Origin: Isurus oxyrinchus
Lineage: Eukaryota
Assembly (NCBI GenBank): GCA_026770705.1
Contig: JANJGN010000009.1
Coordinates: 162,936,001-163,000,000, forward strand
Reading direction: 5' to 3'
Length of the DNA stretch: 64,000 nt
In this document: piece by piece, positions 1-12,751 of the stretch
How positions within the stretch are numbered: the first letter of the stretch is position 1
Layout of the letters: every line of letters begins with the position of its first letter
Notes under the pieces: generated by a model
Database searches by the model: none
Seen by the model: only the letters and a program-made list of their open reading frames with translations
What the model was told of the DNA's origin: nothing
Position numbers and translations under genes: made by a program

Positions 1-264
1 GTTTAAATGGCCTTAAAAGGCCTTTGACAGTTCGGCGGGCTGCGCAGCCGACTCTGGTGCGTGCTGAACTCAAGATCTGAATGACGCGCGGTGATGTTGG
101 GATGCACGCCCGACATCACCGCGCAACATTTTATGCATCAGCGAATGGGCCCCACCCCCACTCACCAACTTGAAAATTCTGGCCATAGACACAGACCCTA
201 TTACAGTTCCAACTTAAATATAATTTCCAATAACATTATAGATATTAATGTCTCTTCAAGAAAA

Positions 265-555
265 TTACCCACTGTAATTCAAGTTTTGCCCAGTGTAATT
301 CAGGATTTAGCCATGGTAATTCAAGCTTTACCCACTGTGAGTCAAGTCTTCCCCACTATAGGTCAAGTTTTACCCACTGTAATTCAGGTTTACCCACTGT
401 AATTCAGGTTTACCCACTGTAATTCAAACTTCATCCATTATAATTCAAGCTTCGCTCACTGTGACTCAAGATTTACCCACTGTTATTCACATTTTACCCA
501 TGGTAATTAAAGGTTTACCCACTGTAATTCAATTCTTATTCAAGATTTACCATTG
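265..555. repeat. Degenerate 20-21 bp tandem repeat (ccactgtaattcaagttttac); further blocks at 1085-1150, 1871-1958, 2768-2855
   Basis: Direct periodicity is visible and explains the QV(L/Y)PTVI pseudo-ORF. Confidence 0.85.
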
Positions 556-559
556 TGTG

Positions 560-1078
560 ATGGAATACCAGGAGTGTGTTGGAATACTCCCCACTTGCCT
601 GGATGAGTGCAGCTCCCACAACACTCAAGAATCTTGACGCAGTCCAGGACAAAGCAGCCCCGCTTGATTGGCACCAGATCCACAAACATTCACTCCTTTC
701 ACCACTGATACACAGTAGCAGTGTGTACTATCTACAAGATGCACTGCAGGAATTCACCAAGGTTCCTTAGTCAGCACCTTCCAAACCCAGGGCCACTACC
801 ATCTAGAAGGACAAGGGCAGCAGATGCATGGGAACACCACCACCTGGAAGTTCGCCTCCAAGGCACACACCATCCTGACGTGGAAATACATCACTGTTCC
901 TTCACTGTCGCTGGGTCAAAATCCTTCCTAACAGCACTGTGGGTGCACCTACGCCACATGGACTGCAGCAGTTCAAGAAGGCATCTCACCACCACCTTCT
1001 CCAATACAACTTGGGATGGGCAATAAATGCTGGCCCAGCCAGCAAAGCTCGCATCCCGTGAATGAATTTTTTAAAAAA
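560..1078 (+). mobile_element. LINE family A 3' fragment
   Basis: Homologous to 9700-10215 (EYSPLAWMSAAPTT..). Confidence 0.85.
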
Positions 1079-1151
1079 TCATGTTTTACCCACTGCAATT
1101 CAAGTTTTCTCCTCTGTGATCAACCTTTACAGACTGTAATTCAAGTATTGC

Positions 1152-1870
1152 TGTTATTACACAGCAGTTGGTAAAGGCTAAGTTGTTTAAACCCCAGAGA
1201 GTTGAAAAACTGTCATAACCTATATCTTCAATTGATATGTTTGAGATGCAGCTCTGAATTCAGGAATAAGACCACCGAGCCTGGAAAGGTTTTTTTTTAT
1301 ATAGAACTAAATTATTAATTTATTTATTAATTTAACGACAAATTAAATACATACACATGTCTACAAATTACAACCATAATAACTTTTAAACAAATCCCGA
1401 AATTAATCACTCCCAGATAAACCTTCACCAAGGCAACAACAACCCTTAGAATTTAAACAGACACCAGGCAAAGCACATTTGAACTTACAAATTCAAAATG
1501 AGGTTCCTTTCAATTTGTTTCCTTTGCAGGCACAGTTGTGGGCTTACAGGCTGGTTAGATCTTGAATGCCCCTGATTCACACATGTTTGTCTCCCAGCCA
1601 AGTACAAGATTTTACCCATACTTTCGAATGATTTATTCAACAAATGTAAATTTACACATAACCTTTTTTAACTTCCTTATGTATATTTAATTAACATCTC
1701 AAACTATTAAACATCAAAGCACCCAGGCTAATTGGCTTTAATCCAATTACAATGCACACAGACACACACAGGCACACACATAAAAACACACAAAGACACA
1801 GACCCTACTACAATTCCAATTCAAAAATAATTTCCAATAACATTATAGACAATAATGTCTCTTCATGACA
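1152..1870. mobile_element. Solo-LTR-like repeat, copy 1
   Basis: TGT..ACA termini flanked by attgc / attac. Collinear with 1959-2767 apart from an internal deletion. Confidence 0.6.
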
Positions 1871-1958
1871 ATTACTCACTGTAATTCAAGTTCTACCCGC
1901 TGTAGTTCAAGATTTACCCACTGTGATTCAAGCTTTACCCCTGTAATTCAAGTATTAC

Positions 1959-2767
1959 TGTGATGACACAGCAGTTGGTAAATGCTGAGTTGTTTAAAGC
2001 CCAGAGGGAAACTTGAACAACTGTCATAACCTATATCTTGAATTGGTAAGTTTGAGATGCAGCTCTGAATTCAGGAATAAGACCACGGAGCCTCGAAAGG
2101 TTTTTTATATAAAACTAAATTTTACATTCATTAATTTAACAACAAAATAAACACATAACACATGTCCACAAATCACTACAATAATAACTTTTAAACAAAT
2201 CCCCAAATTAATCATTCCCAGGTAAATCTTCACCAAGGCAACAATAACCCACAGAATTTAAACAGGCACCAGGCAAAGCACATCTGAACTTATGAATTGA
2301 AAATGAGGTTCCTTTGCAGCCATAGTTGTAGGCTTACAGGCTGGTTAGGTCTTAAATGCCTCTGACTCACACATGAACTCCTTTCTGTTTATACCTGGCT
2401 TCCCCTATCAATGTAAATTTCCCATTGTATTAATAGGTTTTAAAAAATTTTACCTCTCCTAACAATAATCCTTTCATTCCACCAATTTTATTAGTAATAT
2501 AAACACATTGCTTGGTGTCTCCTGGCTAGGTGCAAGATTTTACTCATACTTTTGAATGGTTTATTCAACAACTGCAAATTTATACATAACCTTCCTAACA
2601 TGTATCTAATTAATATTTCAAACTACTATACATCAAAGCACCCAGAATAGCTGGCTTTAATCCAATTATGACACACACAGGCACACACATAGGTTCAGAC
2701 CCGACTACAATTCCAATTTAAAAATAATTTCCAATAACATTATAGACATTAATATCTCTTCATAACA
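1959..2767. mobile_element. Solo-LTR-like repeat, copy 2
   Basis: TGTGATGA..TCATAACA inverted termini with a 5-bp TSD attac. Confidence 0.65.
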
Positions 2768-2949
2768 ATTACTCACTGTAATTCAAGTTTTACCTGCTGT
2801 GTTTCAAATTTTACCCACTGTGTTTCAAGCTTTACCCATTGTAATTCTAGCTTTATTTTTACATTCGGAAACCCCCTTTGTTCTGGAAGGGTTAAACTGA
2901 ATAATTTAGATAATGAATTCCATTTTGAGGAAGGAACTTCAGGGAATGC

Positions 2950-2980
<31 letters not shown>

Positions 2981-3624
2981 TGGAGGTTATTCACTGTTAA
3001 CAATTGCTGTCCACCTACACTCATTACTTATCTTTTGGCCCTGTGTCTGTGCTTACAATACAAACTGCATACTGGTTTAATGTGCTGACTACATGACCCC
3101 TTGTATTTTTGTTAGGAGGATATTGGTCCCCATGTGTAAACTTGTATATAGGATTCCTGTGCACAGAATAGTTGTTCTTCTTTGTGATGGTGCGCACAGG
3201 ATGTGGGTTCTATTTAATTGTTGCATACTGGAGCTTAAAAGGATGGACTGAAATACAAAAACTGTCACAATGACAAAATGCTGCAACTATTCCCTCTGGA
3301 GAAATAAAAGGGACACCAAATATTTCTGCTACTGTACTTCTTGCTTCAGCCATTGTCTTGAGAGAGCAGAAGCTTAAATGACTCATAGTGTGGAGGAGAA
3401 ACTTTATCTGCAATCCAGGTGTGTGCTTTTCTTCCTGAGGATTAGATTTCTGCCTAATGATTAGTCAGCGGGAGTTCAGGACAGCTAATATGACTGGTGA
3501 TTGTATTAAAGAGGAGATAGCTGTCTGAGGTTCTACTTAGGAACTAGGAGTCATTCTGAAATTCATTGTGAAGGAATGTGGGCTGTGCACCACCTTTCCT
3601 TCCAGACAAAATAACAGATTTTAT

Positions 3625-4718
3625 TTTCAGACGAAACCTTTGGGCTACTAATATTTTTATTTCAAAGCTATTGGCATACCATGATCTAAACCTTTAATAG
3701 GTTTTGCTTGATTCGTGTTTTTATAAATTAGCAATTATTTACAAAGGAAAATAAGTTAATAAAAGACCAATATAGTTACAGGAGGCGATAATCTAACAAT
3801 TCTTCATGTTGCTATAAACACTATTCTCATTTCAATTGTCCAGTTCTTGACTATCAAATCAGTCTGTAAGTTTTCACCTCTGTCATTCTTTGGCTGTTTA
3901 ATTCTGCTTTTTTCTCCTTTCTAATTGGCTGTGCTTTATTAATCATTATATGTAAAATCTTTCTCCCCATTTCAATTTTGTTCCCAATCATTTTCTATCA
4001 AACAAATTCTCGACAATTGCATTCCAGCAATAAGTTGTTGTAAGACACAGCTACCAGGACTGTTCCTTATCTACCCCACTGTGGAAAGCAGAGGAGAGGA
4101 GACCTTTATTGAAGCAGAGCAGACAGAGGCACCTTGTTGGGACAAATGGAGAGACACCTTGTCGAGACATCTCATTGAGACAGATCTCCATCTGTCCCAA
4201 CAAGGTGCCTCTGTCTACTTCCGCTTCCACAAAGGCCTCCTCTCCTCTGCTTTCCACAGTGGGATAGATAAGTAACAGTCCTGGTAGCTGTGCCTTACAA
4301 CAACTTTTTGCCGGAATACAATTGTCGAGAATTTGTTTGATAGAAAATGATTGGGAATAAATTGAAATGGGGAGAGAGATTTGACATATAATGATCAATA
4401 AAGCACAGCCAATTAGAAAGAAGAAAAAGCAAATTTAAACAGCCAAGCAATGACAGAGGTGAAAATTGACAGACTGATTTGACTGTCAAGAGGTCAAGAG
4501 CTGGACAATTGAAATGAGAATAGTGATTATAGCAATATGAAGACTTATAAGATTATCACCATCTGTAACTATATTGGTCTTTTAGTGACTTGCTTTCCAT
4601 CGTAAACAATTGCTAATTTACAAAAACAAAGTGTTACGAGTCAAGCAAAACCTATTAGAGGTTTGATTGATGATAGATTTGAAATAAAAACATTAGTAGC
4701 CCAAAGGTTTTTTCTGAA
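3625..4718. repeat. Large imperfect inverted repeat (arms about 525 bp, spacer about 30 bp)
   Basis: aaacctttgggctactaat (3635) pairs with attagtagcccaaaggttt (4692), and complementarity continues inward to about 4152/4184. Confidence 0.92.
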
Positions 4719-5583
4719 AGAGACATACTTTGTTGAGACAGGGAGAGCGAGAAAGACAGAGAAACAGAGCAAGAGGCACTTCATGGAGACAGACAGCAAG
4801 AGGGAAAGAGAGAGAAACTTTGTTCAGGCACCTTGTTGAGACAGAGACTGAAAGAGAGCGATACCTTGTTGCTTCAGACAGAGAGAGACCTTTTTGAGTG
4901 GGGGCAGGGTGGATCAAGAGAAAGAGTGAGAAACGCTGGTGGAGAATCTCTGGTCCACTGGGAGTGAGGGAGATGATTGCTTTTGAAGTTTAGTGGGCCC
5001 AACTAATAAAACCACAAACCCCCCACTGCATTACCAGCATTGCCATCGTTCAAAGTACAGTGATTCTCAAATTGATGTAATTGTTTCTAGACTGATTTAA
5101 GCTTGAGTTTAACCTTTTTTTTACATCAAGGTATAGAGTAGCTAATTACCTCAGGGAGATGTACAAAGTATATAAAATGATGAAGATTTTATAAATGTAG
5201 GAAAATAGACAGCTGGAAGTGAATCACAGGTTAAATTGTGACATTGGAAACTAGGAAACTGAAATATTACTTTTTGTTATTCTATAACTACATGTGAGGG
5301 CTCTGAATGATGTGCTCAATATTTACTAAAAATGATGATCATGCAAGTCCCATTCACCCATCACCCCTGTGTTGGCTGATCTATATTGTTTCCCAGTCCG
5401 CTTTCACCTCAATTTTAACATTTTCATCCTCATGTTAAAATTCCACCAATGCCTCATTGCTCACCATCTCTGTACCCTCCTCCAGCCTTACAACCTTCCA
5501 ACAGCTCCGCATCTTCCACCTCTGATCTCTTGTGCATCCTCCACTGCCTTTACCCAACCATTAGCAGCCATAACTTCAACCGT

Positions 5584-5822
5584 AAAATACAAGCAAAATT
5601 CTGCGGATGATGGAACTCTGAAATAAAAACAGAAAGTGCTGGAAAAACACAGCAGGTCTGGCAGCATCTGTGGAAAGAGAAACAGAGTTAATGTTTTGAG
5701 TCCAATATGACTCTTCCTTGTTCAGTTCCAAAGAGGAGTCATATTGGACTCAAAACATTGACTGTTTCTCTCTCCACAGATGTTGCCAGACCTGCTGAGT
5801 TTTCCCATCATTTTCTGTTTTT
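5584..5822. mobile_element. Palindromic PLE 3'-end insertion (older subfamily) inside an L2 fragment
   Basis: Inverted arms centred at about 5720. 14-bp TSD ataacttcaaccgt (5570-5583 / 5823-5836). Confidence 0.8.
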
Positions 5823-7074
5823 ATAACTTCAACCGTGCTGCCCTTAATATCTGAAATTTTCTTCTTAAATCTCTTTGACTCTCAACCTCTGTCTCTTTCT
5901 TTGAGACAATCCTTAAATTATAAGTCTTTGAGCAAGGTTATTAGTCACTGGTCCTAATAATTCCTTCTCTGTCTTGGTGTCATTTTTTGCCTGATAGCAC
6001 TCCTGAAAAGCACCTTGGGACATTTTACTATGTTAAAGAAAGTATATAAATGCAAGTTGTTGTTGATTTGTATGCCATTGCGTAATTGGTATTATTAGGA
6101 GTCTTTTTGTCAGTTACTGAAATTATTGAGATTATACAATTTTACATAGACACTACTTATCTGGTCATGTAATAGACATGCTACATATTATGTACATAAC
6201 ATCCATTATGTACAACATACATAAAACACTATGTACTGTACATAATTTACAAACACACTGCATATTACATAAAACACACGTTGCTTTAGAAATGGTACAC
6301 CACAGTCCTTAGAAACCACATAGTTTCACAATATAAATTGGATTATGTTTTCGACTGGGTGGACAATCATTTGACACTATGCAAACGAAAGCATGGAAAT
6401 TTTGGTAGTCTGGCCAATATTTATGGCTCAGCCAGCATTAACAGGAAAGATTATCTAGTCAATGAGCTGGTCACTGTTAATTGGATCTTGCTGTGCACAC
6501 AACGGTTGCTGTGTTTCCTTACATGACAGCAGCCCCTTACATTAGCAAGATGTTAAAAAGTACTTGATTATCTGTGTTGCATTTGACACATTCTGGGATC
6601 GTAAAGGATGCCATGTTAAAGCAAATTCTTTTTCTCTTACCAATTAGCCTATTGCCTTTCTAAACAACAATTCTTTCATATATTGTGTCAAGTGCAACTA
6701 ATGCATCAAAAATGCAATTTTTAAAAGTAAACATTACATCCCACTTCTGCTCAAAACTCTGGAAAGAACTATGTTTGTTCCCCCGTTGGTCTGTCTGAAA
6801 CAAACACATCTCTCTATTTCCATTGTTTGAAATCCTGTGGATTAAACCCCCTCAATCCAAGATTTCAATGATCCAACATACTCCAGTAATGTGAATTTTC
6901 ACTAAACTTTATGTAAACATTCATATTTTTCTGGCCAATCTGTCACCTCATTCTGACTTTGTGGATGAGGTAGAGTTGCCCAGCATCTACATCCTATTTG
7001 GCCCTTAGCTGAGATTCGGAGTCAACCGACCACCTATTTTCACCATCATTATATCTTCTGTCTCTGTCCATCAG

Positions 7075-7670
7075 CTATGTAAATCCTTATCCATCCTTCT
7101 GTGATCTCCAGACTCAACTATTCCAAAGCTCTCCTGGCCACCTTCCCATCTTCCACACTTTATTAACTTCAGCTCATTTAAAGCTCTGTGTTTGTATCCT
7201 GGCTCATCTCAAGTCCTATTCATTGATCACCCCTATACTCACTGACCTACATTGGCTCCTGGTCCAATACCTTAATTCTCAAATCCTTATCCTTGTGTTC
7301 AAATCCCTCCTTGGCCTTGACCCTCCCTATCTCTCCAGCCCTATAATCCTTTCAGAAATTTGCATTCATCCAACTCTGGCCTCTTTTGTATCTCCGATTT
7401 CATTTGCCCCTTCGTGTCTCCATCACCCTTTGGTGGCTGTACCTTCAGTTGTCTTGGACCAAAGCTCCGGAATTCCCTGCCTAAACCATCCACCTCTCTC
7501 TTCTTTTTGACAATGCTTCTTAAAACCTACGCTTTTGACCAAGTTTTTGATCCTAATGTCACTTTCGTTGGCTTGGTGTCAATTTTTGTCTGATTACATT
7601 CCTGTGAAACAATTTAAGAAGTTTACTATGTTGAAGGTGCTATATAGAGGAAACAGCTCATTGTTTTGTT
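7075..7670 (+). mobile_element. L2 LINE 3' fragment (others at 5340-6062, 53388-54230, 58360-58860, 61000-61320 -)
   Basis: ITPILTDLHWL..ILILVFKSL..LRNSLP..LLKTYAF is an L2-type C-terminus with its tail. Confidence 0.75.
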
Positions 7671-8068
7671 ATTGAATAATATGTTTGCTGAAATAGCATT
7701 AGAAATCTATGGTCACCGAGCAAAATCCAAGAGATCAATCAATCAAAACACAATACTGAAGTTCCAGAACACAGAACCAATCCTTTGGTGTCAGTGACCT
7801 CAAGGTCAAAGGGACACTTTGCGATTAAGCAAGACCCTTCCCTAATTTGCCATCCCATTTGGAAAGGAATGCCAACCCATCTTTGGATATTCGGTCACAA
7901 AACTGCATGTAGCCCACCTGGGTAAACATTTCAAAACATAGTTCCTTCAGTGTTGTGAACCAATTGCTTCAGTCCACCTAACCTGTGGCTCTTACCTCTG
8001 AGTCAGAGGGTTGTGGGTTCAAGTCCTACTCCAGGACCTGACTACAAAATTTAAGGCTGGCACTCCAG

Positions 8069-10215
8069 AGACCCTCCATCATGCTGTGTGGCATGACCAC
8101 TGTGCTAAATGGGATAGATTTCAAACAGATCTAGCAACTCAAGACTGGGCATCCATGAGGTGCTGTGGGCCATCAGCAGCAGCAGAATTGTACTTGAACA
8201 AAATCTGTACCCTCATGGCCCGGCATATCTCCCACTCTACCATTACCATCAAGCCAAGGGATCAACACTGGTTCAATGAAGAGTGCGGGAGGGCATGCCA
8301 GGAGGTGTCAACCTGGTGAAGCTTTAACACAGGACTACTTGCGTGCCAAACAGCATAAGCAGCAAGTGATAGACAGAGCTAAGTGATTCCACAACCAATG
8401 GATCATACCTAAGCTCTGCAGTACTGCCACATCCAGTTGTGAATGGTGGTGGACAAGTAAACAACTCACAGGAGGAGAAGGCTCCACAAATATCCCCATC
8501 CTCAATGATGGAGGAGCCCAGCACATCAATGCAAAAGATAACACTGAAACATTTGCTGCAATCTTCAGCCAGAAGTGCTGAGTGGATGATCCATCTCGGC
8601 CTCCTCCTGAAGTCCCCAGCATCACAGATGCCAGTCTTCAGCCAATTCGATTCACTCCATGTGATATCAAGAAATGGCTGAAGGCACTGGATACTGCAAA
8701 GGCTATGGGCCCTGACAATATTCCAGCAATAGTACTGAAGCCTTGTTCTCCAAAACTTGCGACGCCCCTAGTCAAGCTGTTCCAGTACAGCTACAACACT
8801 GGCATCTACCCGGCTATGTGGAAAATTGCCCAGGTATGTCCTGTACACAAAAAGCAGGACAAATCCAACCCAGCCAAATACCGCCCCATCAGTCTACTCT
8901 CCATTATCAGAAAAGTAATGGAAGGGGTCATCAACAGTGCTATAAAGTGTCATTTACTCAGCAATTATTTGTTTGAGTTCCGCCAGGGCCATTCAGCTCC
9001 TGACCTCATTACAGCCTTGGTTCAAACATGGACAAAAGAGCTGAACTCCTGAGGTGAGAGTGATTGCCCTTGACTTCAAGGCTGCATTTTACCAAGTGTG
9101 GTATCAAGGAGCCTGAGCAAAACTGGATTCAATGGGAATCAGGGGGAAATCTCTCCGTTGGTTGGAGTCATACCTAACACAAAGTAAGATAGTTGTGGTT
9201 GTTGGAGGTCAGTCACCTCAGCTCCAGGACATCACTGCAGGAGTCCCTCAGGGTGGTGTCCTCAGCCCAACCATCTTCAGCTGCTTCATCAATGACCTTC
9301 CTTCCATCACAAGGTCAGAAGTGGGGATGTTCGCTGATGATTGCACAATGTTCAGCAGCATTCATGACTCCTCAGGTACTGAAGCAGCCCATGTCCAAAT
9401 GCAGCAAGACCTGGACAATATCCTGGACAAGTGGCAAGTAACATTCATGCCACACAAGTGCCAGGCAATGACCATCTCTAACAAGAGAGAATTCAACCAT
9501 TGCCCCTTGATGTTCAATGGCATTGCCACCACCAAATGCCCCAATATCAACATTCTGGGGGTTACCATTGACCAGATACTGAACTGGAGTAGCCATTTAA
9601 ATACTGTGGTTATAAGAGCAGGTCAGAGGCTAGGAATAGTACTAAAGCTAACTCAACTTCAGACTCCCCAAAGCCTGTCCACCATCTACAAGGCACAAGT
9701 GATGGGATACTTCCCACTTGCCTGGATGAGTGCAGCTCCCACAGTCCCACAGCACTCAAGAATCTTGTCACCATCCAGGACAAAGCAGTCCACATGATTG
9801 GCATCACATCCACAAACATTCACTCCCTCCACCACCAACACACAATGGCAGCAGTGTGTACCATCTACAAGATACCCTGCAGGAATTCACCAAGGCTCCT
9901 TTGACAGCACCTTCTAAACCCACGACCACTCCAATCTAGAAGGACAAGGGCAGCAGAAAGATGGGAACACCACCACCTGGAAGCTCGCCTCCAAGTCACT
10001 CACCACCCTGACTTGGAAATATATCGCCATTCCTTCACTGTCACTGGGTCAAAATCCTGGAACTCCCTTCCTAACAGCACTGTGGGTGTTGCTACACCAC
10101 AGGGACTGCAGTGATTCAAGAAGGCAGCTCACCACCACCTTCTCAAGGACAACTAGGGATGGGCAATAAATGCTGGCCCAGCCAGCAAAGCCCACATCCC
10201 ATGAATGAATAAAAA
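8069..10215 (+). mobile_element. 5'-truncated CR1/L2-group LINE (family A), degenerate ORF2 reverse transcriptase
   Basis: KAMGPDNIP, YRPISLLS, GVPQGGVLSP and MFADD motifs across frameshifted ORFs. 3' tail ..gggcaataaatgctggcc..atgaatgaataaaa. Inserted in a SINE. Confidence 0.92.
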
Positions 10216-10266
10216 AAGTAAATAAACTGAGACCCCGTCCAACTTCTCAGGCAACATAAAAAACCC

Positions 10267-10470
10267 AGCAGGTCTGGCAGCATCGGCGGAGAAGAGTTGA
10301 CGTTTCGAGTCCTCATGACCCTTTGACAGAACTCTGAGTTCTGTCGAAGGGTCATGAGGACTCGAAACGTCAACTCTTTTCTTCGCCGATGCTGCCAGAC
10401 CTGCTGAGTTTTTCCAGGTAATTCTGTTTTTGTTTTGGATTTCCAGCATTCGCAGTTTTTTTATTGTTAT
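10267..10470. mobile_element. Palindromic PLE 3'-end insertion inside a SINE
   Basis: Inverted arms centred at about 10334. TSD-like ataaaaaa(aa)ccc on both sides. Confidence 0.85.
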
Positions 10471-11532
10471 ATAAAAAAAACCCTGTGACACCATTTGTAA
10501 GAAGGGCAGGGAGTTATCCCTGGTATCCTGGCCAAAATTGATCCCTCAATCAACATCACAAGATCAGAGTACCTGGTCATTATTGTATTGCTGCTTGTGG
10601 GAGCTTGCTGTGTACAAATGGGCTGCTGCATTTCTGACAATACAACACTTCAAAAGCCGGCTTCAGTGGCTGAAAAGTGCTTTGGGATGGTGGCTGTGAA
10701 AGGTGCTATGTAAACGCAGGTCTTATTTTTACACAAACCGGTGATACATATATTGGTAGAATTTTATTCTGTGGGACTAAAGTTCACAATTGTAGTTATA
10801 AGGTAACTCTTTGTTCTTGTGTGTGCACACATACACACACACACACACATTGATAAACCTCCCAAGTTCATCCCAGTCGATGTGTGGAGTAATTGCTGCC
10901 ATTGGGGGGTAAAGTTGGAAACTCCGCAGAGCTGGAGCCTGAAAAGACCTGTCGTGGTCCCCCCCACCCTTCAAAATGAGTCATCCACACGGCGTGTTGG
11001 TTCCGTGCCAGTGAAGTGGATCCAGATCCAGCGCTAGGAGCCCAGGCGAAGCTGCTGCTTCTCCCTCTCGCTACACCCTTCATTCAGCTCAGCCACCAGC
11101 ACCTCCTTTCAGGCGAATTGCTGGGGGGTGGTGGAAATTGGGTTTTAATTAGAAAACAAAAACTTCCAGCTAGTATTTCCACTGGGTAAACCCGAAGAGC
11201 AGCTCGGGGGACCTGCACTGTTATATATGACCAAGACGCAAGTGTTAAACTTTATATTTTTTATTTTGAATTGTAATTGGGGGATTTAAGAGAGACAGAG
11301 AGAAAATTGGGCTGTGGCATTGGATCAAACTCCAAATTTAACCCTCGACCTCCATTAGCTGGGGGACAATATTTTGTACAATTCGAGTTTATTCTGCGGA
11401 GGATCGAGGGCTGAAAACTTTGAAAAGTTCCTGAGAATTTTAAAAATCGGAATTTATCCCTTTTTTTGGGTTTTTTTTTGGGAATTTTACTTTTTTTTCA
11501 TTGAAAGACCTTTTCTCTCTCTCTTTTTGGCT

Positions 11533-12617
11533 ATGTTGGGCTGTTCTGAACTGGCCGCTCGCCCTGTCCGGAGGACCGCCTGGCTGGTCAGCGCCCTGTC
11601 CCACCACCTGGGTCCGGAGGGCGAGGGCGGGCAGGTGGACAACGAGGTGGTCGTCCTGGCCACGGGGGTGGACCAGTACCTGCAGGAGACCTTCCACCAC
11701 CTGGACGGCGAAGGGGACGGGCTGATCTCGGGGGAGGACTTCCGCCGGCTCTGCTCGGTGCTGGGGCTGCCGGGGGACGGGGGCCCCGCCGGCTTGCTGG
11801 CCGGACTGCCCGCCGAGCTGACCTTCCGCCAGTTCCACGCCCGGCTGTGCGAGCATTTCCAGCAGCGGGGCGAGGAGGGGCCGGGCCGGCTGCCGGTGGG
11901 GGAGGAGACCGAGCACATCGAGAGGCAGATCCGCCTCCGGTGCCCCCGCCGCCAGAGGAGGAGGAGGAAGCAGCAGCATCAGCAACAATGCGTCTCCTTC
12001 GACCTCTCCGCCCAGGGCTGGCGGCCGCGACCCACCGCCGGAGCGCCGCAGGGTCGCGGCGCCCCCGCCGCCGCCGCCGCCGCCCCGGCCCCGCTGGAGC
12101 TGGAGCTGGAGCTGGAGCTGGAGAACGCCAGCCTGCGGGAGCTGGTGGAGGATCTCCGCGGCGCCCTCCAGAGCAGCGACGCCCGCTGCCTGGCGCTGCA
12201 GGTGGGGCTGCAGAAGTTCGGCGGCCCGAGTGGCCGGAGCAGCTGGCCGAGGGAGAGGAGAGCCAGGTCCGGGGAGGGCAGCTGCTCGGCCAGGCCGGGC
12301 TGCCGGGGGTTCCAGAGCCTGGTCCGGGAGCTGGAGTTGATCAGGTCCTCCAGGGATGGGCAGATCGACGAGGCGATGCGCTTTAACCAGGAGCTGGAGG
12401 AGGAACTGCGAGCCGCTCACGGTTTGTTGGTGCAGTGGGAGCACTCCGCCTCGGCACTCAAAGCTGGCAATGCCCTGGTCAGGAAGAAGGCAGAGCGAGC
12501 GAGGGCAGCTATCCTGGAGGGCATGGAGAAGGTGAAGGAGCTGGAAAGCAGAGCTAAGCAGATCCCAGAACTGCAAAGCAGAATCCAGGAGCTGGAACAA
12601 GAGCTGGAGCGATGCAG
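11533..12617 (+). CDS. EFCC1: EFCC1-like (EF-hand and coiled-coil domain protein), coding exon 1 of 7
   Basis: Translation ([89 protein letters not shown]) matches recalled EFCC1/CCDC48 motifs. ATG at 11533, donor AG|GTCAGT, phase 2, CpG-rich. Orthologue versus paralogue is unresolved. Confidence 0.9.
11550..12430. promoter_or_regulatory. CpG island over EFCC1-like exon 1
   Basis: Very GC- and CpG-rich stretch in an otherwise CpG-depleted window. A TATA-like ttatatat lies upstream at 11221-11228. Confidence 0.7.
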
Positions 12618-12751
12618 GTCAGTGGCGTGAATCTTTCATGGGGATGGGGGCGTCACTGGCGAGACCAGCATTTGTTGTCCATTACCAATTGCCCTTGTGC
12701 AGCTTGCTAGGCCATTTCAGAGGGCAGCCAAGAGTCAACCACATTACTGTG

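Larger units (their letters stand above)
7985..10730 (+). mobile_element. Deu-domain-like tRNA SINE split by LINE A (8069-10215) and a PLE palindrome
   Basis: Head with B box ggttcaagtcc at about 8017. The body resumes at about 10226 and ends with the ..ttgctgtgtacaaatgggctgc..tttgggatg..aggtgctatgtaaacgcagg tail. Confidence 0.65.

Noticed and set aside
7990-8040. tRNA gene suggested by a B box
   Set aside because: Degenerate SINE head; no cloverleaf.
11374-11532. N-terminal extension of the 418-aa ORF from TTG
   Set aside because: T-rich low-complexity UTR-like sequence; homology begins after ATG 11533.
11440-12600. 386-aa antisense ORF
   Set aside because: Shadow of the GC-rich EFCC1-like exon; no independent protein features.
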